A stretch of 44,451 bases of DNA from Candidatus Desulfatibia sp. (GCF_036446775.1 NZ_JAZFTO010000305.1:1-44451), one strand, 5' to 3'; positions 1-9,147 are shown, counted from the first letter of the stretch. A program made the numbers and translations. Notes: a model not told the origin generated them from the sequence alone.

Positions 1-317
1 TGCTGGTTGCGACCGGGTCGGTACCCATAACTGCTGTCTTCAAAGATTACCTCGTAGATCGGTTCCAGAGCGCGTTTGACCGCCAGTTCAACTATTTTAT
101 CCTCAAAACAGCTGATTCCCAGCGGGCGCCCCTTGTCACTGCCCGGCTTCGGTACGTAGCTCCGGCGTCTGGGTTGTGGACGATATACCATACGCTTCAG
201 CCGGTCTGACAAGTCCTGAAGGTTCCCATCGAGGTTTTCCCCGTACTGTTCTTTGGTCACGCCATCCACACCGACGGCTTTGTCGTCGTCCAGTGCTTCG
301 TAGCAGTCCCGCAAGTT
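1..317 (-). mobile_element. Group II intron reverse transcriptase/maturase fragment (N-terminal RT region), 5'-truncated, runs off the window
   Basis: Manual minus-strand translation: NLRDCYEALDDDKAVGVDGVTKEQYGENLDGNLQDLSDRLKRMVYRPQPRRRSYVPKPGSDKGRPLGISCFEDKIVELAVKRALEPIYEVIFEDSSYGYRPGR. It contains the GVDG, PKPG..RPLGI and SYGYRPGR motifs of LtrA-type RTs. No start codon or intron 5' domains lie upstream. Not in the ORF track. Confidence 0.93.
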
Positions 318-318
318 A

Positions 319-592
319 CTGCGACCTGAACCCTATCGAGCGGACATTCTGGAGCAGCAACTGGATGAAATGGCGCGGGCATTTATCAATGATTCCCGGC
401 GCAACAGTCTTGAAAGGCGAACGTTTTATGTAAGCAGCATATTTAAATGGTTTTCAGAAGATTTCAATAACGATGTTGGCGGCTTCTTTTTGAAATATGC
501 CCAGGAAGATCTAAAAAAAACAGTTGGAAGACAGCAAAAGTATGATAAAAGTAAAATACCTTGACTATGATTGGTTGCTTAACGGCAAATAG
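319..592 (+). pseudogene. C-terminal fragment of a DUF547-family protein, frameshifted
   Basis: LRPEPYRADILEQQLDEMARAFIND...VSSIFKWFSEDF, then a frameshift in the A8 run (513-520) gives ...KVKYLDYDWLLNGK*. The IFKWF.EDF and YDW.LN motifs are typical of DUF547. The N-terminus is replaced by the RT fragment. Confidence 0.8.
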
Positions 593-705
593 AGTTGGTT
601 TCAGAAATATTTTCCGACTGAATCGTTCTTATCCGGCAGCAGAAATGGAGCGTTATTTTGGAAACCCCTGTAGAATATTAAAAGAAAGAAAAAGGATAAA
701 AGACT

Positions 706-1623
706 ATGAAGGTTACAATGATCGGTTTGGGACGAATGGGCATGAATATGGCGAAACGGCTGCTGCGCGGAGGCCACGCGGTCGTTGCCTACAACCGCTC
801 GCCGGAAAAGACCGATGCGATGGTCAAAGAAGAAGGGGCTATCGGGGCGTATTCGCTTGCCGAGGTTGTTGAAAAGCTCTCTCAACCCCGCATCGTATGG
901 ATAATGCTTCCAGCCGGACAGGCGGTGGATGATCATATTGATCAGCTCAAAGACCTCCTTTCGCCGGGCGACATCATTATCGATGGCGGCAATACATATT
1001 ATAAAGATGACATTCGTAGAGCCGAACTCCTTGTTGAAAAAAATATCCGGTTTATGGATGTCGGTGTCAGCGGAGGGATATGGGGACTTCAGAACGGTTA
1101 CTGCCTGATGATCGGTGGAGAAAAAGACACATTTCATCACATGGAACCTGTATTTAAAACCCTGGCCCCGGAAGAGGGATACCTTTACTGCGGGCCATCA
1201 GGTGCCGGTCATTTTGTTAAAATGGTACATAACGGCATTGAATATGGGATGATGCAGGCTTATGGTGAAGGGTTTGAAATTCTGGAGGCATCCGATTATG
1301 CGGATTCTTTCAACTATGCCGATATTGCCCATCTCTGGAATCAGGGGAGCGTGGTGCGTTCATGGCTGTTGGAACTGGCTGAAGGCGCCTTTAGAAAAGA
1401 CGCAAAACTTTCAGATATCAAAGGATATGTTGAAGATTCAGGAGAAGGAAGATGGACCATCCAGCAGGCCTTGGAAACCGGCGTGCCGGCCCAGGTCATC
1501 ACCCTTGCTCTGCTGCGGCGTTTTCGTTCCCGGCAGGAAGACCCTTTTACCGACAGAGTCCTTGCAGCCCTTCGCAGGGAGTTTGGCGGACATGCAGTGG
1601 TTTCCACAGATAAAAAAAGTTAA
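706..1623 (+). CDS. gnd: 6-phosphogluconate dehydrogenase (decarboxylating), short type
   Basis: IGLGRMG, IIDGGN, DVGVSGG, GHFVKMVHNGIEYG, DSGEGRW, FGGH motifs; adjacent to zwf. Confidence 0.96.
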   Translation: MKVTMIGLGRMGMNMAKRLLRGGHAVVAYNRSPEKTDAMVKEEGAIGAYSLAEVVEKLSQPRIVWIMLPAGQAVDDHIDQLKDLLSPGDIIIDGGNTYYKDDIRRAELLVEKNIRFMDVGVSGGIWGLQNGYCLMIGGEKDTFHHMEPVFKTLAPEEGYLYCGPSGAGHFVKMVHNGIEYGMMQAYGEGFEILEASDYADSFNYADIAHLWNQGSVVRSWLLELAEGAFRKDAKLSDIKGYVEDSGEGRWTIQQALETGVPAQVITLALLRRFRSRQEDPFTDRVLAALRREFGGHAVVSTDKKS

Positions 1624-1627
1624 ATGG

Positions 1628-3205
1628 ATGAAAAGAGAAAATTCCATGGATAACGATATGAAAAACAAGAATAATGCTACAGATCCCATTATTGAGGTCA
1701 GCGCACCTGCTCAGGAGATTAGCCCCAAGAAATGTATAGGCGTCGAGCATAGTGATCCTTGTACCATCGTTATCGTTGGAGCCTCAGGGGATCTGACTGC
1801 CAGAAAACTGGTTCCGGCCCTCTTCAATTTATATTTAAATGACGGTCTGCCGGATTCTTTTCGTATTGTTGGGTGCGGTCGAACAAAGCTGAACGATCAG
1901 CAATTCAGAGGAAAAATGGAAAAGTCCTTGATGGCAAAAGGCCTTATGGATGATGCAAAATGGCAGGCCTTTTCTGATGTTCTTCATTATCGGTCCGTTG
2001 ATTATGGAGATTTGGGTTCTTTTATTAACCTGGCCAAGTTCCTCAGGAAATTGGATCAGAAACATAATACCCAGGGAAACAAAATTTTTTACCTTGCACT
2101 TCCTCCGTCTCTTTATAAACCGGTTGCGCAAATGTTAGGACAGGCAGGTCTTAGTGAGGAAAGAGAAAACGGTAACGGGTGGTCACGGCTTGTTATTGAG
2201 AAGCCCTTTGGCCGTGACCTTAAGACCGCTGTTGAACTGAATCAGAGCATTCAGAGATATTTTAAAGAACACCAAATGTTCAGGATAGACCATTATCTGG
2301 CAAAAGAAACGGTCCAGAACGTACTGATGTTTCGTTTTGCCAATGCCATTTTTGAACCCCTCTGGAATCGAAGATATATTGAGCATGTCAACATACTCGC
2401 TTCAGAAACTTTAGGTGTCGAACATCGGGCGGGTTATTATGAACAGGCAGGGGTTATTCGGGACATGTTTCAAAACCATATGATGCAGCTGCTGGCCCTT
2501 ACGGCCATGGAAGCGCCGTCCCAATTTGAAACCGGTCGTGTTAGAGATGAAAAAGTAAAGGTTTTTCGCTCTTTAAGGCCTTTTCCGGTTGAAAAGCTCA
2601 ACGAATACATTGTACTCGGGCAGTATGGCCCGGGCAAAATTAATGGAAAACCGGTTCCAGGCTACCGCGAAGAACCCGGAATAAATCCTGACTCGCTGAC
2701 GCTGACTTTTGCTAAAATGAAAGTCTTCATTGATAACTGGCGCTGGCAGGGCGTTCCTTTTTTCCTTACATCCGGTAAACGTTTGGCCAAAAAGATAACT
2801 GAAATAACCATTCAGTTTAAAGAGATTCCCCACTCCATGTTTCGGCAAATCCTGGGAGAGCGCATTGATACCAATCAATTAACACTCGGTATTTACCCGG
2901 ATGAAAAAGTCACCCTTACTTTTCAGACAAAGAATCCAGGTGCACGGGTGTGCCTACGTTCTGTAAACATGGATTTTTCTTATCATCAAAATTATACCGG
3001 GCCTATCCTGGATGCCTATGAAAAAGTGCTCATCGACTGCATGTTGGGTGATCAGATGCTTTTCTGGCGCCAGGACAGCCTTGAACATTGCTGGTCCTTT
3101 CTAACACCCATATTAAATGAGTGTGAAACCTGTGACAACAAGTCGGAAATGCTTCATTTTTATGAATCTGGAAGTTGGGGACCTCGAACTATAAGTCGTA
3201 TTTAG
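1628..3205 (+). CDS. zwf: Glucose-6-phosphate 1-dehydrogenase
   Basis: GASGDL, EKPFG, RIDHYLAKE, RDMFQNH, NWRWQGVPF motifs. The true start is 1628, 1646 or 1658, not the ORF-track 1262. Confidence 0.95.
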   Translation: MKRENSMDNDMKNKNNATDPIIEVSAPAQEISPKKCIGVEHSDPCTIVIVGASGDLTARKLVPALFNLYLNDGLPDSFRIVGCGRTKLNDQQFRGKMEKSLMAKGLMDDAKWQAFSDVLHYRSVDYGDLGSFINLAKFLRKLDQKHNTQGNKIFYLALPPSLYKPVAQMLGQAGLSEERENGNGWSRLVIEKPFGRDLKTAVELNQSIQRYFKEHQMFRIDHYLAKETVQNVLMFRFANAIFEPLWNRRYIEHVNILASETLGVEHRAGYYEQAGVIRDMFQNHMMQLLALTAMEAPSQFETGRVRDEKVKVFRSLRPFPVEKLNEYIVLGQYGPGKINGKPVPGYREEPGINPDSLTLTFAKMKVFIDNWRWQGVPFFLTSGKRLAKKITEITIQFKEIPHSMFRQILGERIDTNQLTLGIYPDEKVTLTFQTKNPGARVCLRSVNMDFSYHQNYTGPILDAYEKVLIDCMLGDQMLFWRQDSLEHCWSFLTPILNECETCDNKSEMLHFYESGSWGPRTISRI

Positions 3206-3237
3206 TGGAGAAAAGGAGTCGGAGATATAGGCATAAT

Positions 3238-3393
3238 ATGACGAAAAAGAAAACTGTAAGATTGACCCTTTATCGGTATGCCGGGAAGTTTCTTTTTTTC
3301 CGTATCAAAAAGCGTTGTAAGGCATGCGATATTTCCTACGTAATACTTCAGCGGCTTATGACCGAACAGCTTTTGGGGAAGCCTGTTTCGCTA
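3238..3393 (+). pseudogene. N-terminal fragment of a small CxxC (thioredoxin-like) protein
   Basis: MTKKKTVRLTLYRYAGKFLFFRIKKRCKACDISY... with a purine-rich RBS upstream; runs out of frame into the GH63 fragment at ~3393. Confidence 0.5.
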
Positions 3394-4517
3394 GTGATGG
3401 CTTTCTCCCGCATATCATTTTCAACCCTGAGTATACCCATCATTTCCCGGGACCGGACTACTGGAACGCCGACAATTCAGGAAAAGTTCCATCCGGTATT
3501 TTTACTTCAGGTATCAGCCAGCCCTCTGTACATGCTACCATGATAGTTGATTCCGCAAAGCTTGATCCTGATAAGGAAAGGGCGTTGTCATTCTTAAAGG
3601 AAATATATCCAAAACTAAAAAAACTCCATGATTTTTATTTTACTTGGCGTGATCCGGAGGCTGAAAATCTTGTATCTATTGTCCATCCATGGGAATCGGG
3701 ACTTGATAATGCTCCGTTGTGGGATGAACCGCTTGCTGCCATAACAGACACCAGTGAATGGGCTTTGAGTATGCAAGAAAAATATGATGAGATTGCAGAA
3801 CAGGGTGAGCGGCCCAAGCGTACATATATTGAAAAGTATTCATACCTCATTGAAAATCTATATAAAAATAATTATGATTGGAAAAAAATCTTAGAAAATC
3901 ATCCATTTATAATCCAGGGAGTTCTTTTTAACTCTATTCTCTGTAAATCCGAACTGGACCTTGGGAAGATTGCAGAAGTCCTGGAATATGATACGCACGT
4001 CCACCATGAAAGAGCAGAAAATCTCAAAACGGCGATAAATAAAAAATTATTTGATGAGAATGAAGGCATTTATTATAATTTTGATCTTAAGCACCAGAAA
4101 CACATAAAACGGGATACGATTTTTTCATATATGCCCCTTTTTGCCGGTATCCCGGATAAGGACAGGGGAGCAGTGGTCTTGGATACGCTTCGAACGCATT
4201 GTTTCTGTATAGCAGATATGGACTGTGTTGCCATACCCAGCTATGATATGTGTCAGGTTGACTTTGAAAGAGAATTTTACTGGAGAGGCCCGGTCTGGGT
4301 CAATATTAACTGGTATATTGCTCAGGGAGTAAGACAGTATGGCGAAGCGGAGCTTGCCGAGTGGATTGAAAATTCATTAATTGCGCTTACTGATCGCTAC
4401 GGCTTTTATGAGTATTACGATCCTGATTCCGGCAGAGGACTGGGTGCGAAAGATTTTTCGTGGACGGCTGCATTGATTATTGATCTTATTGCCCAAAAAT
4501 TAAGCAGTGAAAACTGA
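3393..4517 (+). pseudogene. GH63/MGH1-like glycoside hydrolase (glucosyl-/mannosylglycerate hydrolase-like), apparently lacking its N-terminus
   Basis: DGFLPHIIF, FPGPDYW, TSGISQP, HPWESGLDN, YWRGPVW, FYEYY, FSWTAAL motifs are present. The usual N-terminal Y..QW.WD motif is absent. Confidence 0.78.
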
Positions 4518-4541
4518 AAATAATAAAAAAGGATAAGTAAC

Positions 4542-4997
4542 ATGGCAAAAGAAGAGCACAAGGACGTTGAAGCGTCGTTCGACAGCACCGATCTTGAAGA
4601 GTTGGCCACACGCATGAAGCGTGTCCTCGACATCCGAGATCGTAAATATGGATTCCCGCCGAAGACGTATATGAAATGCTTTGTCGGAAATGAGGCGGTC
4701 AAGAAGCTGGTGGACGAGGACGTTGCCGGCAACGAAGAGGATGCCGTGCGCATCGGCAACATGATGTTAAATGCCGGCGTGTTTCATCATGTACAAGACG
4801 CACACTCGTTTGAGAACAAGTATTTATTCTACCGCTTCACGTCTGATGAGGACCACGGCATAGCGGCACGCAAACCTGATGGCAGCTCCGTCAGCTGGGC
4901 GGATTTTGTTACGCCGGTCGCGCCAGCGGAAGCCCAAATCCTCACGCTACAGCCGGCAATCCCGGAGCGCGACCCGGAAGCCATGCCGGCGATATGA
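4542..4997 (+). pseudogene. DEP-domain protein; probable N-terminal part of a deleted DEP-flavoprotein fusion
   Basis: IRDRKY...TYMKCFVGNEAVKKLV...EEDAVRIGNMMLNAGVFHHV...HSFENKYLFYRF matches the DEP domain pattern. Confidence 0.8.
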
Positions 4998-5176
4998 TCA
5001 GCGAAATCACGGTGGCAATGCAGAGTGGGATGGGGCTTGGCAAGCTGGCCAATGTTATTCATCCTTATCCGACCGCGACTGATGCCATTCGTCAATGTGG
5101 CGACGCATATAACCGCGCGCGTCTTACACCGACCGTTAAAGCCATCTTCTACCGCCTCATGGCGTTCAAGCGTTGA
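4982..5176 (+). pseudogene. C-terminal dimerisation-domain fragment of a pyridine nucleotide-disulfide oxidoreductase (mercuric-reductase-like)
   Basis: HAGDMISEITVAMQSGMGLGKLANVIHPYPTATDAIRQCGDAYNRARLTP contains the IHPYPT motif; there is no terminal Cys-Cys pair. Confidence 0.85.
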
Positions 5177-5358
5177 ACCAAGTGATGAGCAGCAGTAAAA
5201 TTTTACGATTTTTTCGACTTTGTTTTTGATTAGAGATACATAAAAATATTAAACGCGGCAATAATATTAAGAGGTTTGATAAAACGACTCCATTCTATTC
5301 TCATATTGGGGCATATAACATACTAAGTTCAAAGAAAAACTGGATCAATAGGAATTCT

Positions 5359-6096
5359 TCAGTTACTCAGCTCGTTTAGAAATTCCGTAAAGCGTTTCCA
5401 TGATTTTTTATCAGCATCTTCACGATACCGGCTGGAACCAAATACGGTAAAGGCATGTGGAGCTCCACTGTAGGTAATCATTTCATGCGAAATGCCTTTT
5501 TCCTCCAACTCACCGGCAAGTTTGGAAAATTGATCCATGGTAACGGAAGTATCTGCAGTTCCATGCAGAATCAGCAGCTTGCCCTTCGTTTTGGAGTAGT
5601 CTTGCCCTGCTGGAATACTCAACCCACCATGGAATGTGACAAAGCCTTTCATATCTGCTCCTGACCTGGCTAACTCAAGGACAACGGCACCACCAAAGCA
5701 ATATCCCACTGCGACAACATTACGAGCATTGGCGCTTTCGGATTTTGCAGTTTCCAGTGCACCTCGTAACAGGGAGCGCATTTTTTTGCGATCTTTATAC
5801 AATTCACCGATGTGCCGGCGTTTATCCTTTACCTCTGTTGGCCTAACTCCGGCGCCAAACAAGTCGGCAGCAAAAACCGCATAACCCATATCGGCCAACA
5901 TATTGGCACGTTTCACTTCATAATCCGTCAGACCGTCCCAGTCATGGATTAGCAGTATCAGTGTGGCATTGGGAGAAGGGCTTATAAAATATCCTTCATA
6001 AGGTTCTCCATTCACCTTGTAAGATACTATCTTCCCAGAAGCGTAAGCAGAAGATGAAAAAATCAATACAAAAAAAAGTGTGAAAAAGTATTTCAT
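5359..6096 (-). CDS. Dienelactone hydrolase family protein, exported
   Basis: Signal peptide, HDWDG, GYCFGG, HGTAD, HAFT motifs; AAGGAGG RBS. Confidence 0.92.
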   Translation of the reverse strand: MKYFFTLFFVLIFSSSAYASGKIVSYKVNGEPYEGYFISPSPNATLILLIHDWDGLTDYEVKRANMLADMGYAVFAADLFGAGVRPTEVKDKRRHIGELYKDRKKMRSLLRGALETAKSESANARNVVAVGYCFGGAVVLELARSGADMKGFVTFHGGLSIPAGQDYSKTKGKLLILHGTADTSVTMDQFSKLAGELEEKGISHEMITYSGAPHAFTVFGSSRYREDADKKSWKRFTEFLNELSN

Positions 6097-6160
6097 ACTA
6101 TTCCTCCTTTCAAATTATTTTCGGTAATTACTCAAGTTTCGGCACCAAATCACACAGGCA

Positions 6161-6324
6161 ATCGGCGACTTTATCGAAGATGTTTATAACCAAAAGCGGC
6201 TTCACTCTGCCCGGGGGTATCGTCCTCCAAGTGAATTTGAATTTTTATTGGAATCAACCCCAAATCCCTGTCAGGACACTCTGATTCTTTATACTGATTT
6301 GTGCAGTTTTAGGGGGTCATTCCA
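6161..6324 (+). mobile_element. IS3-family remnant (transposase C-terminus plus right end)
   Basis: Translates IGDFIEDVYNQKRLHSARGYRPPSEFE (YN..R.HS.LGY..P..FE motif), followed by a terminal-repeat-like end gtgcagttttagggggtcattcCA. Confidence 0.82.
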
Positions 6325-6388
6325 CTTGATACGTCATCATCTGTTTGAACAAATTTATTGAACATTGCTGACTTCTGTTATAATTGAT

Positions 6389-6424
6389 ATGGAGTGGATT
6401 GATAGAAAAATCAATCCACTCCAT
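6389..6424 (-). terminator. 15-bp perfect inverted repeat, probable terminator of the CDGSH gene
   Basis: atggagtggattgat-agaaaa-atcaatccactccat lies 10 bp after the stop codon; no clear U-tract. Confidence 0.6.
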
Positions 6425-6434
6425 GACTACGCCA

Positions 6435-6647
6435 TTATTTTTTATGCGACCCGTCGCAATAGGGTGGATTTTTGGTTTTTTGACAATTACATAATGCCAC
6501 CTCTTTCATATCAGTTATCTCAAATTCAAGCGGTGTGAGCCCTGTTTCTTCGTGTGAACCGTCACAAAATGGCTGTGTCTCAGTCTTTCCACAGCTGCAC
6601 CAATAATATGTTCCTTGTTCAAGTTCTTTAATTATGGGGTTAGTCAT
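6435..6647 (-). CDS. CDGSH iron-sulfur domain protein (two motifs)
   Basis: WCSCGK...PFCDGSH and LCNCQK...PYCDGSH; AAGGAG RBS. Confidence 0.95.
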   Translation of the reverse strand: MTNPIIKELEQGTYYWCSCGKTETQPFCDGSHEETGLTPLEFEITDMKEVALCNCQKTKNPPYCDGSHKK

Positions 6648-6712
6648 AAGATTTTCTCCTTTTAATATTTGATTAATTTAACATTCAACTAATTCGCAAA
6701 AAAAATATGATG

Positions 6713-7177
6713 TTATTTCCTATCACCTCCTTTTTTCGAGCCAAGTTTAACACACAGACGACCAAGTTCCTCCATCTCGCGGGATGTGAGGGCGCTCATT
6801 TCATCTTCCACAGCTTTTAAATGGAGAGGAAGAATTTCAACGAATAGTTTTTTGCCCTTATCCGTTAAATGAACGTAAATGAACCTTCGGTCTTCTACAC
6901 TTCTTTCTCTTCTTACAAGTCCCGCCTTTTCAAGATTGTCAATAACCATGGTAATATTGCCGCCGCTTTTCAGTATGTGAGTACCAAGATCACGCTGTGA
7001 ACGGGAACCGAGATGAAACAGGGCATCAAGCACCCCGAACTGGCTGGCTGTTAATCCGTATTTATTCAACATGCTGAATATGCGTGCCTTGATAGTTTCG
7101 TAGGCCCACATATACTGCAAAAATGATGTCACAGCCCTACTCTTGAATCCTAACCCCTTAATGCTTTTCTTATCCAT
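6713..7177 (-). CDS. MarR-family transcriptional regulator
   Basis: GLTASQFGVL...SGGNITMVIDNLEKAGLVRR...EDRR..VHLTDKG. Confidence 0.95.
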   Translation of the reverse strand: MDKKSIKGLGFKSRAVTSFLQYMWAYETIKARIFSMLNKYGLTASQFGVLDALFHLGSRSQRDLGTHILKSGGNITMVIDNLEKAGLVRRERSVEDRRFIYVHLTDKGKKLFVEILPLHLKAVEDEMSALTSREMEELGRLCVKLGSKKGGDRK

Positions 7178-7211
7178 GGTTGATAGTTTGCATATGATTA
7201 AATATTAATTC

Positions 7212-7225
7212 GTTTAATATTAAAC
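7212..7225. promoter_or_regulatory. Palindrome GTTTAATATTAAAC, candidate MarR operator
   Basis: Perfect 14-bp palindrome 35 bp upstream of marR. A related imperfect copy lies at ~7197-7209, and TTGACA is on the minus strand at 7245-7250. Confidence 0.55.
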
Positions 7226-7393
7226 TGTCCTATTGTTAGCATTTTGTCAAGCTTGATTCCATATATTAATTTATTGCATGAACCTTTATTTAAATTCAGT
7301 ATTTATGAACACCGCTAGTCTCGCTCAACGCAAATGCGGCATGCCGCCCAATTCCGTTTGCGATTTCCGTTTCAAATCTTGAACTTTACCGAT

Positions 7394-7670
7394 TTAAGGT
7401 TTAATGCATAAGCCATAAACCCAGCCTGTAGACTACTTGCCAAAACCGTCACAAGTGCAGATAATCTGGAATACTGTAGGGTCATAACCGAATTGCACAC
7501 TTTAAATCCTTAAACAAAAAATCCTTTTCGGGCGGAAAATCAATCTGCTTATATCCCTGGATATTTGTTGAGTACCCACTTTTTGAATGACATGGCTTCC
7601 CAACACCAATTAATGCCAGGGTACTCATCCTTCAGCCTATGGACTAAAGAATTGGCATCTGGATATACGC
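7394..7670 (-). pseudogene. Decayed coding sequence of unknown family
   Basis: Protein-like segments across frames (PDANSLVHRLKDEYPGINWCWEAMSFKKWVLNKYPG / QIDFPPEKDFLFKDLKC / GYDPTVFQIICTCDGFGK*STGWVYGLCIKP*) with stops and shifts. Confidence 0.3.
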
Positions 7671-7779
7671 ATAACTATGGTACTGGTCCGGTTCGTCCCG
7701 CATTTTGTGATCGATCTTATTCACACAAAAGGACGCGAATTACCGAAAAGGCTGAGTAGTTGTTCATGGCACTTCTCCT

Positions 7780-8330
7780 GGTCATTCCTCACCGCTTATT
7801 TGACCTGTCGACGGCTACCGTATTATGGATTCCATTACCCCGGCCAAGACCTCGCCCTGATGAATACCGATTCCAAATGACAGTTCGGGAAGGGACTTGG
7901 AACGGAGTTCTTCATTATACTCCACCAGCGCCTTTCGTATGGCCAGCGCACCCATCACAGCATCCTGCACCTGCCATGGATTGGACCTGAGGGCACCAAA
8001 TAGCGTCAGTATTCCATCTCCCATAAGTTCGGTCACCTGCGTGATGATTTGCGAGTGCCTCGCTCATGCACCGGAAGTAACCATTCAGGATCGATACTAC
8101 TTCAGCGGGGTCCGTATTGTCGCACATCTTTGTAAAACCCTTAAGATCCGCAAACAGCACGGTAACGGAGCGCATTCTTGCCGCATATCTTCCATCAGGT
8201 TCAGTAAGATGTTCAATCACCTCCTGGGGGTTGAATCGACCGAAATGCAACTGTAGCTGACCATCTGCTCGCCTTTTCCCGGTACCCGCCGCTTCGGCTG
8301 TAAACATCGAGATGAAATCCACCATTCAGC
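7780..8330 (-). pseudogene. Class III adenylate/guanylate cyclase, frameshifted
   Basis: VTVLFADLKGFT...LNGYF in one frame and ELMGDGILTLFGA...FGIGIHQGEVLAG in another; broken near 8040 and after ~7830. Confidence 0.88.
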
Positions 8331-8417
8331 CTGGGGCAGAAGGGGCTCAATATGATCGAATTTGTCTATCAGACACTGGCAAGGATTGGTTATCTTCATC
8401 CACTTCAGCCCCCAAAA

Positions 8418-8655
8418 GCATCCATTTGCCGATGGGGTTAGTGATGGGAGGATTTGTGTTTGGTCTTGCGGGCTGGTTGCTTGGATTTATGGACTGGCAA
8501 TATCGCTACGCCGGAGCTTGGCTGCTTCCCATCAAAATAAAGCTCATATTGTCTGGCGTGCTCCTGATTCTCCTCGCTGTTGCTGTTATCCTCGGGCGTC
8601 GGTCCAGTCTGAAGAGGAGGTGGATGCCCTGGTAGCGTTCCTAAAAACACTTTAG
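8418..8655 (+). pseudogene. Fragments of a membrane (DUF2231-like) protein with a cytochrome c-like C-terminal tail
   Basis: HLPMGLVMGGFVFG...LLGFMDWQYRYAGAWLLPIKIKLILSG, then in another frame SEEEVDALVAFLKTL* (typical c-type cytochrome terminal helix). No CxxCH is retained. Confidence 0.55.
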
Positions 8656-8961
8656 AGAGGACAGGCCGCCACTAATCCTGCTTGTCATGAAATATCTTTG
8701 CGCCTCTTCTGCCACGGTTCAGGTTAGTAAATAGGGTGCCTTTTTGGTAAAATTCAGCAATCGCCCTTTACCCCTTTTACCTCCCAAAATTTGACAGTCT
8801 GGCCCTCCTCAGATCATTAAAATTGATTTTACCAGATTTCGGATATTAATCAACTACCTTTGCGATCATAAATCTCTGACATAAAAAATCAGGATCGTCA
8901 TAAGAATTTGTGGGTGGGCTTAATTGTAATATTTACCCACAAATTCTCCGGAAGAGCCAAC

Positions 8962-9147
8962 TTATTTTTCCTTATTTTTTTTTCTCTTAGGTTTAATTAG
9001 CAGGCAATCTTGATCAGAACTGACCCGGACATCGATGGCAGGCAGTTGTTTGGATTTAAAACCCATGGCCCTGCAGCCATGAGGAAAATTTTTGTCCCAG
9101 GTGACATAGTAATGCCGGCATTTATAGCAGTCTATCTTTTTTGGCAT
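8962..9147 (-). CDS. Small conserved Cys-rich protein (CxxC..TWD..P.GC..GFKS..C)
   Basis: MPKKIDCYKCRHYYVTWDKNFPHGCRAMGFKSKQLPAIDVRVSSDQDC; start taken at ATG 9147. Confidence 0.8.
   Translation of the reverse strand: MPKKIDCYKCRHYYVTWDKNFPHGCRAMGFKSKQLPAIDVRVSSDQDCLLIKPKRKKNKEK

Noticed and set aside
1-317. Retron, DGR or defence-associated RT
   Set aside because: Motifs (GVDG, PK..G..RPLGI, SYGYRPGR) are of the group II intron type; no accessory genes or template/variable repeats seen
513-520. Phase variation or programmed frameshift at the A8 run
   Set aside because: The gene already lacks its 5' half; decay or a homopolymer sequencing error is simpler
1262-1627. Long N-terminal extension of zwf in the ORF track
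   Set aside because: It overlaps gnd in another frame; G6PD similarity begins only after ~1750
4982-5176. Mercury resistance gene merA
   Set aside because: Fragment only, no C-terminal Cys-Cys pair, and no merR/merT/merP nearby
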